Part shown: positions 1-12,705 of the stretch, piece by piece
Layout of the letters: each line of letters starts with the position of its first letter
Numbering within the stretch: the stretch's first letter is position 1
From: Felis catus
Taxonomy: Eukaryota
Reading direction: 5' to 3'
Length of the DNA stretch: 64,000 bases
Assembly: GCF_018350175.1 (NCBI RefSeq)
Contig: NC_058368.1
Location: forward strand, 67,334,001 to 67,398,000
Made by a program: the position numbers and the translations under genes
Notes under the pieces: generated by a model
What the model was told of the DNA's origin: nothing
Databases searched by the model: none
What the model saw: only the letters and a program-made list of their open reading frames with translations

Positions 1-220
1 TGTCTGGAGTGGTAAGGAAGATTTCTCAGCGACTGTAACTCTCCTGCTGGTTCCCGATATGGACCACAGCTGCACCACACTCTAGCTACTTTTACTCTTT
101 TGAACCTTTCTTTCTCCATTTCTCTTCTCCTTTGACTCTCCCATGCCTTCTCGTTTTCCCTTTGTTGACATTTTTTGAAGGGTAGGAGGAAATAGTATTC
201 TCCTATGCAATTAAAAAAAA

Positions 221-418
221 TTTTATGTTTATTTATTTTTGAGAGAGAGAGAGAGAGAGAGAGAGTGCAGGGGAGGGGCAGAGAGAGAGGGAGATACAGA
301 ATCTGAAGCAGGCTCTGAGCTGTCAGCACACAGAGCCAACACGGAGCTTAAACTTGTGAACCGCAAGATCATGACTGGAGTCGAAGTCGGATGCTTAACT
401 AAGCCACCCAGGCACCCC
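221..418 (-). mobile_element. Carnivore tRNA-derived SINE (SINEC, felid type)
   Basis: Reverse complement of GGGGTGCCTGGGTGGCT head, (CT)n tract and AATAAA tail. Confidence 0.9.
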
Positions 419-853
419 AAAATAAATAAACTCTGAACAAAAAAAGTAAGGCTCATAGTCATAACCATAGTTTAAAAAAAGTCATAATCACTAAAGTCCC
501 CCATTCACATTTGTTCAGTGAGTAGGTAAGGCAAACATTAGTATATATATATGGGGGTCTAATATCCACCCTTTTGAGAACTCTCCTGCTCTGAGAGTCA
601 GCCAAAGCTTTCCAGGCGGTGAAGAGACAAGAGCAGCGCCATTTTAACCAGGTAGGCTTGTGGAGATGTGTGCTACTTAGAGTTGAGTTTGGTTTTGCCT
701 AACCCAGTGAAACACAGTGTCTTGAAAGTCAAAATTAATTGGCTGTTAGGAAAAAGGATGTAAGAAACTGGTGATCCTAATCTATGCATCAAGTTGCCAA
801 GTAGCAATTCTGGATGGATTATAGTCAACTCTGCTTACAAACAGAGCAAAACA

Positions 854-1100
854 GGGGTGTCTGGGGGGCTCAGTCAGTAGAGCACACCATTCTTTTTTTC
901 TTTAAGATTTTTTAATTTTTAAGTAATCTCTACACTCAACGTGGGGCTTGAACTTAGAACCTTGAAATCAAGAGTCCCCCAGTTACACTGGGGACTGACC
1001 CAGCCAGGCGCCCCAAGCATGTGACTCTTGATCTTGGGGTTGTGCATGCAAGCACCATGTTGAGTACAGAGATTGTACAGAGACTACTAAAACAAAACCA
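854..1100 (+). mobile_element. Short older SINEC interrupted by an antisense SINEC (inner about 895-1014)
   Basis: Outer head ggggtgtctgg..gctcagtcagtagagc stops at 894 and resumes at 1015 (agcatgtgactcttgatct); inner copy ends ccaggcgcccc. Confidence 0.8.
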
Positions 1101-3291
1101 AAGACGGCAAAACAAACTAATGAAAAAACATACTGTGTGTTCCTGAATTCCTATTGTGTGATGCCAAACCATCTGTAGAAAAATCATTTAGTGACAAATA
1201 TATTATTTATAAATGTATATACAAATGTGTTTTAAGAGACAAAAAGAACAATTATTTGAGGATTAATTTGATCATTTGAAGTATAAACTAAGGCCCTATA
1301 TTTGTTGCAAGATTATAATTTGAAAGAATATGACTTTCCCTTCATTTAAAGATTATTTACTTGAAAGGATTAAAATTAGACAATTACAGATAGTTTTTGA
1401 GAGTATGCTTAACATTCCGTCCAACATTATAAGCTGTCCTTTTTGACTGATAAATTAAATTCAATGACTATCAAATGCCCATAATACTGTATATACAGCT
1501 TAATAACATCTGTGCTTTGACTTACCTGATCCTGTCTATCTCATCTGGAAATTAACATGAGATAATGGAATTTTATTATTCGCTTTTCTCCTCTATGGTA
1601 TATAAAATCTAGAAACTAACAAATAAATGATCAGGTTGCTTAACCAAATTTCATTGGCTGCTTTATTCACCATGTCAAAAAACTACAATATAATCTTTCA
1701 CATAATGTTTTGATTGCAAGATAAAACATTGCTTAACTCTATAGAATCACATATGTGCGTGAATTGCACAGTGGGGAAGTTGTTGGCTTAGGGCATATTT
1801 GTTTGTCAGGAAGATTTATGTCCCAGGTCCTAGAGGTGTGGCAGTTTGTAATAATCACAGGCAAAACATGACATCAGCCTTGTTCTTTAGATCTTTTTAT
1901 TAATTCTTTACAAACCCTAAATCAAACATAGAAACAGCTATTGCTTTGAACCACGAAGAAAAGGTGTGTCTATTATCTGTCTACCATATTATTGGTATAC
2001 AACTTCATTGTTACTTCCTTTCTTTTGATGTTACTATTCAAAAGTCATTTATAAAGATGACTTTGCATTAACCTGAAACATAAACCTCCTGGTGACATAC
2101 TCGTAAATAGTTTGTCAGCACAGATATATCCTTGAGGAGAACAGTTTTCAACTTCTAAATAGTCAAAACTTGCTTGTAATTCAGATTTTTCTTCTGCACT
2201 GAAATCGGGTAGTTCTTCAAATTTACCATTTTTGAAGAGTAACATACACAAAATGTCATTGCAATTGGTACAGTACTGCAATATTCACTTTACAACTTAA
2301 CATATATTAAGAAGTCACTTAGGGATTCTGATTTCCTCATCTATAAAATGTTGAATTAAATATTTTTAAAGTACTTTCTAACTCTCATATTCTAGAACTA
2401 TAAAATGTGTGTGCCATTGTTTTTAAATGATATCAAACTAATGTGTTTTAGTACAAAGTCAGGTAGATATAAATATAGATGGAGAATCTGCATCTGAACT
2501 ATTTTCTTAAAGAATTTAACCAGGTGACAATACACTGGGGAAGGGGGTGGTGACAACAGCAGTTGTGAGGCGGGGCTGCATATGGCCTGGGACCCTGTGC
2601 CCATAGTCTGCTCTCCAAGCTGCTGTACAGAGGAAAGGGCACCTTTCCTGAACTTACACAAAGGAACACAGCAGGAGGTGATCATTTCTCTCATCTTAAA
2701 AAATAAAAAGTTAAATAAAAAAACAAAACACCTTTCATGATTCACTTTCCTTCCAGTCCCCACACCATTTCTCTCCTCTCTTTAAGGAGCTGTTCACACT
2801 TCCTGCCCCCAGTTTTACCTCCCATTCTCCACTGACCCCACTCCCATCTGGTGTGTGCCCCACCCTCTCCATAGAACCGCTCCCGTCAAGGACCACCATG
2901 GACTTCATTCTTCAGTCTTCCTTCAGCTTGTCCCCTCAGCCACATGTGACACCATCAATCACTCTACCTCCTCCTCCTTAAAAAAAATTTCTTCACATGG
3001 CTTCCAGACTCTCTGCCCTGGTTTTTCTCTGACTTAGATGGCTGTGCCTTCCCAATCTCTTTTGTTGTTTCATCCTCAACTCCTGGAATATCTCTTTCCC
3101 ATCTACTTTCAGTCTGAGAGACTGGCTAGTCTCACGGCTTAAATGCCACCTAACCACAGATGACTCCAAAGTGTACTTTTTAAGCCTGAAGCTCTGCCCT
3201 CAACTCTGGACTTGTAGATACAATTGCCTGCGTGGCTCCTCCTGGATGTCTACTGGGAAACCTAACTCAAGATGTGTGAAACCGGACTCTT

Positions 3292-3480
3292 GGGGCGACT
3301 GCGTGGCTCAGTTGGTTAAGTGTCTGACTCTTGCTTTCTGCTGTGGTCATGATCTCACATGATCTCACATCTCTGATGGTGCAGAGCCTGCCTTGGGATC
3401 CTCTCTCTCCCTCTCTGTCTGCCTCTCTCCCGCTTGTTCTTGTTCTATCTCTCAAAACAAACAAACAAACAACAAAAAGA
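3292..3480 (+). mobile_element. SINEC with internal deletion and a catgatctca duplication
   Basis: SINEC head, (CT) region, (CAAA)n tail. Confidence 0.85.
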
Positions 3481-3934
3481 AACTGAATTCTCCTTTTCAC
3501 CCCTGAACCTGTTTTCTAGAGCTTTCCTCAATTTAGGAAACAACTCCCCCCTTTGGCTGAGGCCAAAACCCTGATGTCTTCCTCTGCTCTTCTCTTTTAC
3601 TCATACTTCACAGCCAGTCGTTTGTGAATCTTGTCAGCTCTACCTTCAAAAGAGAACCAAAAATGCAAAATCTGACCATCTCTCACCACTGCTCTTGTAC
3701 CAGACTCATTAAAGCCACTGCCATCATTCAGCTGGACTGTTGCACTTGCCTCCCCACTGGCATCCTGTTTCCTACACTGACCTTCCTATTCTGAGTGATC
3801 CTACCTAACCTGGATACCTCTTCTTCTCACGGAACCTGCCAGTGTCTCCCCATTGCAGTCAGAATAAAAGCCAAAGTTGTTGTTGGGACTTACGGAGCCC
3901 TCCACAAGCTGCTGAGACTTATATACAGCCCCCC

Positions 3935-4095
3935 ACATGTACACACTCACAAAGACACACACAAAGATGCATGGGCACACACACAGACCCACAGAGACGC
4001 AAGAACACACAAACAGATTAAGTACACATAGAGACACTCAGAAACACACAGACACTCGGGTGCACACATGGACATACAGGATCACACACACAGAC
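3935..4095. repeat. Degenerate CA-rich low-complexity tract
   Basis: Interrupted cacacacaga-type units. Confidence 0.7.
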
Positions 4096-5145
4096 CCCAT
4101 TCCCTCTCTCCGTCCCCATCTCCCACTACGTTCCTCTTCACTCTCTCTGCTGCAGCCACACTGGCCTCTCCAATGTTGCCCAGACAAGGCAGATGTGCTC
4201 CCTGCTCTGGGAATGCCCTGCAGAAAACTGGCCACATGGCTAACTCCCTCATTTCCTTCAGGTCTCTACCCAGAAGTCATCTTCTCAGGGAGGGCTCCTC
4301 TGGCCACCTAACTAAAATTTTAAAACCAACCTCCCCCTTCCCCACCCCCACACTTGGTATAACACCCCCAACTCCCCAGTGGTTTAAATTTTTTCTCCCC
4401 AGCATATGACATCCGATATACTAAACATTTCTCTTTCCTCATTCTTGCCTCTTCCAGTAGAATTTAAGCTCTGTTTGGGTGGAGATTTAGTTCATTTTGT
4501 TCACCATATCTACAATGTGGGGGAGGATGCCTGGAGCATAATAGGCACCCAATGAGTCTATTTTGAATTGCTTCAGTGAATGAATAATGCTGTTCTCAAA
4601 ATGAAAGCAAAAAGTGAGTGAACCATATGGGCTGTGTGAACATCTCATGGCAATGAGTCCTAACTTACACTGGCTTCTCCAGTCCTTTGACTCCCCATAT
4701 GTCAAAATGACCATCTCACTGTAGCTTTTTCAGGCCACTATTCCCAAAATAATTGGTCATTCCTCCCAGGTTTCAGTGATGTTCAGCGGTTTCTGACCAC
4801 CTCTGTTTTCTCAATCACTTCCTCAAGGCGCCTCCAACAAGCTCTGTGGCCAGCGGGGATGCCTTCAAGGGTGGAGTAGAGGAAATGGAACACAAAGATT
4901 AATGGCCAAGAAAACGTGCATTTTGGGCACACCTAGCAAATAAAACATAATATTCGGCATAGAGGAGATTCTGATTACAAGTTTGTTTTCTAACACTTGG
5001 ACCATCAGTTCTGAAGGAAAAAAATAAAGAAGAAATGGGTTGTGCTAACATGACACTAATGCTTAATTCAGTCATTGTGTTCTACCTTTTCCTCATCTCC
5101 CAAACATGAACTATCACTCTTCAGATACATTAAATTTCCAATGCT

Positions 5146-5176
5146 ATATATCTATATCTATATCTATATCTATATC
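5146..5176. repeat. (ATATCT)n microsatellite
   Basis: About five tandem hexamers. Confidence 0.85.
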
Positions 5177-5350
5177 GATATTTGAGAGTAAAAGAGGGCT
5201 AAAGCAACACAGTGAAGCAGAAGTTGGTCAGTGGTCCTGCCTCTCTCCTCAAGCCCCACATATATATAAGCTCATACTGAACATTCTCTTCACTATCTCC
5301 TACCTTTATCACTTTCATTCCCAATCAATGTTTTAAAGAGAAAACATCTT

Positions 5351-5560
5351 GGGGCACCCTGGCGACTCAGTCGGTTAAGTGTCCAACTTCGGCTCAGGTC
5401 ATGATCTCACAGTCTGTGGGTTTGAGCCCCGCATCGGGCTCTGTGCTGACAGCTCACAGCCTGCAGCCTGCTTCAGATTCTGTGTCTCCCTCTCTCTCTG
5501 CCCCTCCCCCGCTCTTGCTCTCTCTCGCTCTCTCAAAAATTAATAAACATTAAAAAAATT
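5351..5560 (+). mobile_element. SINEC with perfect TSD
   Basis: TSD aaagagaaaacatctt on both sides. Confidence 0.93.
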
Positions 5561-5799
5561 TTAAAGAGAAAACATCTTCCTTTGTTATTACATGTCACTC
5601 TTGTTTCCCTTTAACTTCTGTCTCTTTATTTCTTTGACACACACACACACTTGCCTCTCTAAGATCTCTCTTCCTACACCCCTATTTTTCTCTCATAACC
5701 AGATAAGAGGAGGTCAGTGGAGAACATAAATAGTAATGGACCTCAAAATATTCAAATAATGACCTGTCTTTTAACTGTGGATGTAGTAATGTCTAGAAC

Positions 5800-5915
5800 T
5801 TTTTTTTTTTAAGTTTTATTTATTCAAGTAATCTCTAAACTCAACGTGGGGCTTGAACTTAGGACCCTAAGATCAAGAGTTGCACGCTTTTCTGACTGAG
5901 CCCACCAGGCACCCC
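5800..5915 (-). mobile_element. Short older SINEC
   Basis: poly(T), aagtaatctcta...ccaggcacccc; gaactttt on both sides. Confidence 0.85.
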
Positions 5916-5962
5916 TGGAACTTTTTAGTATTTGTATTTTTCATCTTTAAAAACGTATCTTT

Positions 5963-6208
5963 GGGGCGCCTGGGTGGCTCAGTCAGTTAAGTGTCTGGCT
6001 TCGGCTCAGGTCATGATCTCGTGGTCTGTGGGTTTGAGCCCCGCGTCGGGCTCTGTGCTGACAACTCAGAGCCTGGAGCCTGTTTCAGATTCTGTGTCTC
6101 CCTCTCTCTTTGCCCCTCCCCACTCATACTCTGTCTCTCTGTCTGTCTCTCTCTCTCCCTCTCAAAAATAAGTAAACATTAAAAAAAAGTTTAAAAAAAC
6201 AAAACAAA
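5963..6208 (+). mobile_element. SINEC
   Basis: Full head, body, (CT)n, A-rich tail; degenerate TSD ...atcttt. Confidence 0.92.
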
Positions 6209-6752
6209 AGGCATCTTTGAATGCCCTCAGAATTTGAATGACTGGAATATTAAATAAAATAAGAACATGAACTCTGGAGATGGATAACCTTGGGTTTTAA
6301 AGTAATATAATAATTATATAGTCAGATAAAACAAGTATTGTTAGGACTTGAAAGAACAAGAACCATTCCACCCTGCTATGGTCATGTCATGGGATACAGC
6401 TCTTCCAAAAACAACCCAACAGTACCTAATGAAAAAGAAAAAGAAAAAGCTTGCATTTTACATCTGAATGGGACACTTCTCCTTTGTTTTATTGTAGCAC
6501 ACCCTTTGTTAGCTAATATGGGTCAAGACTTCATCAGAAAACAAAATAAAGAAAAGACAGTCCATAGCGAGGTAATACCACACACCAGCAAACACCAGTT
6601 CAGGATAGTAAGGGAGGAGGGTGGGTACACATCAAATGCTAACTGGCTGAGGATAGCACAGGACCCAAAGCATGGAGAAGACAGAATTAACAGCACTCTA
6701 ATGAACTTTTTATAATGTGTGTATACACATACATATGCACATATATTTATAC

Positions 6753-6756
<4 letters not shown>

Positions 6757-6800
<44 letters not shown>
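6757..6800. repeat. (CA)n microsatellite
   Basis: About 22 perfect units. Confidence 0.95.
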
Positions 6801-6802
<2 letters not shown>

Positions 6803-7104
6803 TTTAGAGAAGTATTCCAGACACCAACTGTGATAACAATGAATCATTGCCTGGAACATTGTTAAACAGCATGTTCATGAACTTCAGTTCATCTGTTGCA
6901 AGACTTAATCACACAATGAAATCAAATAAGGAAATTAGGTATCCTGTTTAAATACTTCTGATTATTAAAGCCATTATCCTGAAAAATGAAGATAAATACA
7001 AATGATCTAGAATTGTTTTAATTCATTTTGTGTCTACGTTTGGTCGTATACCCAGTGGTTATTGACTGACTACATAACTACGCAGACTGTGTTCGTAGAA
7101 GGCA

Positions 7105-7300
7105 ACATAGTACAAAGGAGTGTGACTCTGGGACTCTGCGGGCTAAGTTGAAACCTGACTTCCACCATGTCCTAGGGCAAGTTACTTCACCTCTCTGTGG
7201 TTTGGTTTCCTCAATCTCTACAATAGAACGAAGACAGTACCCATTCCTTCGGGTTGTTCTTAAATGGGTGAAGTACTTTGACTGCTAACTGGTCCCTGAA
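7105..7300 (+). mobile_element. MIR relic
   Basis: gggcaagttacttcacctctctgtggtttggtttcctcaatct core motif. Confidence 0.65.
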
Positions 7301-8160
7301 AGGTACTCATGTAAGTTTTAGTAGATAAAAACAGGAGAAAGTCTACCTTTTGAAAGAAATCATCAGTAATCATTTGCTTATGGGTGTGTTTCTGTCAGAA
7401 TTTGCATCTTGGACTCTTAACGAATTCATTGTAAACTTCCAGTAATGTTTCCAATGACGTGAGCCAAATGGCAGACATGGTGCTCCTGAGGACTTTGGAA
7501 TAAATTCTCACCCAGCTCTATTCTGAGAACCAGGGAGAGGGGAAAGTCTCTTTGTGTGTAGCAGTCACTGGAATGTTCTGCTTCCTGCCCTTACACTCAT
7601 GCGGGAAGGTGAGGGCTGTGGACACAATTCTCCACTCTCCCTCATACCCTGCCATCTCCTTTTTCACCTCTATCTTGCTCTTCTTGGCCGATGTTTAATG
7701 GTCGCTCAGCGCCCCCCCCCCAAGTCTGTTTCCCTTACTCTGTCATGTAGCTGTCCACCCCCTCTTACCTTCAACTGCTCTCTAGTTATATTTCTCACTT
7801 TTGCCGCACTTCTCTTTGGACATTCCCCCATCCCAGTTCTTTCCCTCGGACTAATCCTGCTCTTGCTTCCTGGTTTCTCTCTTCTTTGTGGGCACTCTAC
7901 TGAGCACTTTGTTTCTCTTGCCTATTTCCTCGTCTGCCCTCTGTCTCCTACATCACCCTGCTTCATAAGCAAATTGAACTACTCTGCTTTATCACATGTT
8001 TCTAATAAACAAAAATAAGAGTTGAAAATAAAATTACACAGAGATTTTAGAAACATTATCTTCATGCATCCCCATGCCCATACATATAACAGCCCTTTCA
8101 ATATAGCGAAGGAGGGAGAGCAATGGCAGAAAATGGGGGTAGAAAAGAAAGCGGGGGGGG

Positions 8161-8395
8161 GGGTGTGCCTGAGTGGCTCAGTGGGTTAAGTGTTCAACTC
8201 TTGAGCTTGGCTTCAGGTCATGATCTCAGAATTCCTGGGTTCGGGCCACACATAGGGCTCTGTGCTGATGGTGCAAAGCATGCTTGGGATTCTGTCCTTC
8301 TCTCTGCCCCTCCCTCACTTGTGTTCCCTCTGTCTGTCTCTCTCTCAAAAAACAAACAAACAAACAAACAAAACCTTAAAAATAAAAGAAAGAAA
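8161..8395 (+). mobile_element. SINEC
   Basis: Head after a G-run, (CT)n, (CAAA)n tail. Confidence 0.88.
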
Positions 8396-8632
8396 GCAAG
8401 GAGGACAGCAAAGGAAAACTCTTGCCTCTCTTCTCTCCTTGCCGATTTGGTGTGTCACTGGTCAAGTTCATGAGGAATCCGACTCAGAGACTTTGAGTTG
8501 AAAGTGGTTTTAGATGCCATCCAGAATAACTACTTCATGTTACAAACGAGGAAGCTCCACCTCAGACAAAAAACCCCAACTTAACCAAAACATACTGATT
8601 TACTTGCTGCCTAGTCTCAGTGGGTAGGTTTT

Positions 8633-8858
8633 TTTTTTTTTTTAATTTTTTTTTTCAACATTTATTTATTTTTGGGACAGAGAGAGACAGAGTATGGACC
8701 GGGGAGAGGCAGAGAGAGAGGGAGACACAGAATCGGAAACAGGCTCCAGGCTCTGAGCCATCAGCCCAGAGCCTGACGCGGGGCTCGAACTCCCGGACCG
8801 CGAGATCATGACCTGGCTGAAGTCGGATGCTTAACCGACTGCGCCACCCAGGCGCCCC
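8633..8858 (-). mobile_element. Young SINEC_Fc-type element with perfect TSD
   Basis: CpGs largely retained; TSD tcagtgggtaggtttt at 8617 and 8859. Confidence 0.95.
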
Positions 8859-9083
8859 TCAGTGGGTAGGTTTTAATAGTACTCATAAGATGGTTATTGA
8901 CTAGCAAAATACAACCAATCCATCTGCAAGCACTGGAAGGTTCCAGCATCCCAGAGTGAGAGTAGTTCCAGGCTGAAGTATTCACCAAGACAGCCATGAG
9001 CTGCTGGGGGCCAAACCTTACCCCTCTGGGGTCTCAAGTGGAATCTAGATGGCCCTAAGATACCTTAGAATTGGGAACGCATC

Positions 9084-9273
9084 GGGGCATTTGGGTGGCT
9101 CAGTTGGTTAAGCGTCCAACTTCAGCTCAGGTCATGATATCACCGTTTGTGGGTTCAAGCCCCATGTGAGGCTCTGTGCTGACAGCTCAGAGCCTGGAGC
9201 CTGCTTCAGATTCTGTGTCTCCCTCTCTGTCCCCCCACCCTCTCAAAAATAAAGAAACATTAAAAAAATAAAA
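9084..9273 (+). mobile_element. SINEC
   Basis: Typical head and body; agaattgggaa on both flanks. Confidence 0.9.
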
Positions 9274-9432
9274 AGAATTGGGAATGAGTGCATTTTAAAT
9301 GAATGCAGGAAAAACAAATTCATAAGATACATGCCACCCACTTGTAATAGGCCCACTGAAACATTCTGATACAGTGCAGCTTCAGAGGATACTAAATGCC
9401 AAAACAAAACACCCTTATAATTTGCAGAAAAA

Positions 9433-9433
<1 letters not shown>

Positions 9434-9479
<46 letters not shown>
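9434..9479. repeat. (CA)n microsatellite
   Basis: About 22 perfect units. Confidence 0.95.
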
Positions 9480-9481
<2 letters not shown>

Positions 9482-12177
9482 TAGTGATGCAGTGATAAGC
9501 ATGAGTGTTCATCCCCATAGTATTCTTATCACTCTGTAGCTTTCATGCTAAGGAGATTACAAGTATCATAGAATTAGTGTAGAGCATTAAGATAAACAGA
9601 GAGTCTTAGGGAAAACGGAAGGAAATAGAACACAGACATGCTATTTTACTATCTTAGTATCGGCATTAATGTCTTCTCTAACACGGTGTAACAATATTTG
9701 GCTCCTGGGCAGTTGTTTTTTTAGTTAATACCATATTTATCAGGACTTCAGTTTCTTCCCACCTGATTAGCAGCACCCGCCTCATTGGAATCTAGGAAGG
9801 AGCTAATGTATACTGAAACCAAATTTGATGCCTAGAAAATCCTTGAGTTGTTAAAAGGCACACCTGTGTTGTTTGGCAGGTGAGTTGAATCTCAAGTAAA
9901 GAATTTCTGCAAATCTCCTGTTTAGTCGGCTAAACTGGTTTCACTCCTATTGAACAACCCTGGGGTGGGGGATCCTCTATTTTCCCTTAATAACCATAAT
10001 AATGCCAAAGAAATAACTTCCAGTGTTAATCTCAGTGGTTTAGGTCTCAAAAGTGGAGAGGCTCAGAATATATTTCAGGACATTAAATGTCTTCATGTCA
10101 AATTTATTAATTTATGGATAAATTATTAGTTTTCATATTGGAAAGAATCTAGGTTTTTTTGTAAAGACCAAATTATTGTTAATTAAGATGTTAATCTGAA
10201 TAATTTAGAGGGATGTAGTCACTTTATATTCAAATTAAGGATAGATTGTTACAAATGATTAAATAAAATTTTCAGTTCACTGAATCCTAAAGAAAATAAG
10301 GAAGCGATTATCAGTGGAAAGGTACTCTGTAAATGGGTTTGCAGATTAACTGCAAAGGTTATTTGGGATTCTATAATCTTAAAGTGAAACAGGCCACTTA
10401 CGTATTACTTCAAAAAAATCCCTATTCAGTCTGTTTTCATTTTCTGGACACTCTTATGCTGGGTTATGTTGTGTGTGCTACACTTAGGTTTCTTCGGAAT
10501 AAACCGGTTTTGAAATGCTTAAGATATAAGACATTTTAAAATAAATGCTTGATTCATTACATGATATTCTTTAGGTATTAAAGAGAAGTTAACATTTTCA
10601 TCTTTTGGTCAGCGCTTGTGGGCTCTAAAATATAACTCTCTATAGCAATTATGCAGTATGTGCCAGGGAAGAAAAAGAAAAGACTTTAGGGCTGTCCAAC
10701 CTCACAGAACTGACAAAGGATAAAAGTAGAGGAAATTAATCAAGTCCACAGGCGTGACGACCCCGGTCTGTTTCAGCTTGCAAAGGAGCTAATAGTGCTG
10801 CCATCCAGATCTTAATTTATAGATTGCTTACAGTATTTTCAACTCCTTTGAAGTTACAATTGTGTGCTACAGTCTCTACAGTAAAAGAATATTTCTTTTT
10901 TCAAAGTTTTCAACCAAGAGATTAATATTCTCTCGGTAATGCACACCATCTGTTGTACTAAATTAACAGTTTATATGCATATATATGCATCTTGACCAGT
11001 CAGAGCCGTGGTTCCCAGCCTGGCTATGCAATGGAAGCTTTGTAAAAATCACTACCAGAGCTACACCCAGAGAGTCTGGCTTAAATGGTCTGGTGGTGCA
11101 GCAGAGAGAGAGAAAGCCTTTCTTGGAGTTCCAAGTTGGAATTCTGAATTTATTTTCTCTGGAAACGATGTTGCAGTGGTGGTCTGGGTTTATAGATTTT
11201 TTAAGGGCAATAAGTAAAGCTACATAATCTGTTAAATAAACTTTTGGGGTCTGGTCTAAAACACCAAGCCATTCTTCATAGTTCTTTCTTTAAAACAAAC
11301 AAGGAGCTTTGGGTTCTAAACAACGAAATTTATAACCAACCTGTTGATGATAAATTAGGAACTGCTTGAGTCTTCAGAGTCACAATACCATACTTTTTTG
11401 TGTGTCAAAGTGGCTCAGGTTTTGCCTTAAAAAAAAAAAAAAAAGGAGAAGGAATCAGTAATTTTAGTGAGTACCTACCATGAGGAAGACACAAAGAGAC
11501 TCTGAGACAAGGCCAGAAACAAAGTACAAAACCAAAATTTGTGCAATTTTGAATTTTTGGAAACTCCTGGTTCATGACTTTTTGTGTTTTCTGAAGAGTA
11601 AACTGGGTGAGAAATAGGCAGATCATTCAGAAAGGGATATGACATAGAAATAATGGTGGAAATATGCTGGAGGACAAGAAACCAGATAATAAAAGCACTT
11701 TAAAAAGGCAAATCACGTAGAAGAATAGAGGACAGTTTGTAGTCAACAGCCAAGGGTGATCGATTTGAATGGGAGAAAAAATGAGAAGGATGAGGCTAGC
11801 TAGGTGCTTCCCAAACTGTTTTTTAGCTTGATACGCCAGGACAAGTTGGGACCAAGATCAGTAGAGAAGTGGAACCATGTCTGCATCCTACCCACGTGCA
11901 AACCACCTTCACACGCATTCTCATTCACACAAGCCACAAGATGACCACGCACACACAAACACACCTCCTGAAGCTGCTGTATGGCTCAAGGATAGGACTC
12001 ACCCTGTGTTGACTATGGCGGGTAGGTGGGAGAAAAAGAGACAGATTGGAATTCATTGTGAAGACTTTCTACAAGGTTGTCATTACTATACAAAACAAAA
12101 CCAGAACATATGCACTGGACCCCATGACCTGAAAGTTGGAGCATGAACTAAATATCATCTCAAGAAGTAGAATAACT

Positions 12178-12385
12178 GGGGGGAACCTGGGTGGCTCAGT
12201 CAGTTAAGCGTCCAACTTCGGCTCAGGTCACAATCTCACAGTTTGTGAGTTCGAGCCCCGCATCAGGCTCTGTGCTGACAGCTTGGAGCCTGGAGCCTGC
12301 TTTGGGTTCTGTCTCTCCCACGCTCTCTGCCCCTCCCCCACTCACACTTTGTCTCCCTCTCAAAAATGACTAAACTTCAAAACAA
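12178..12385 (+). mobile_element. SINEC
   Basis: Typical head, body and tail. Confidence 0.9.
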
Positions 12386-12552
12386 CAACTACAAGGAACA
12401 GAATTGGGCTGAGTGTGGAACGGTGCCCTAATGGTCTCCAATGGTTCTTCCAAATATAAGTTTTGATGATTCTATAGTCCAACCTCCTCTTTTCTCCACA
12501 GACATCTAATCACTTCTAGTTTCATTCTGTTTGGTTAAAGCCAAAAGTGACA

Positions 12553-12705
12553 AGGGTACGCTTATCGTGATTAAGCGCTGAGGAAAGTATAGAATAGTTG
12601 AATCACTATATTGTGCACCTGAGATATAGAACACATTAACATATTAACATATATAACCCCATATGTTAATTATACTGGAATTAAAATTTTTAAAAAGAAA
12701 AAATA
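12553..12705 (+). mobile_element. L1 3'-end fragment (carnivore-type)
   Basis: gttgaatcactatattgtgcacctga...tatgttaattatact...A-rich tail; aaaagtgaca on both flanks. Confidence 0.7.

Larger units (their letters stand above)
2840..4580 (+). mobile_element. Ancient L2 LINE relic (interrupted by a SINE and a CA-rich tract)
   Basis: Pyrimidine-rich L2-like motifs, ending in tgcctggagcataataggcacccaatgagt...gaatgaat; boundaries approximate. Confidence 0.6.

Noticed and set aside
2045..2281. 78-aa minus-strand ORF with a protein-like segment (FEELPDFSAEEKSELQASFDYLEVE)
   Set aside because: No recognisable family, non-ATG start and no convincing flanking splice sites; a tBLASTn/HMM search would be needed to revive it
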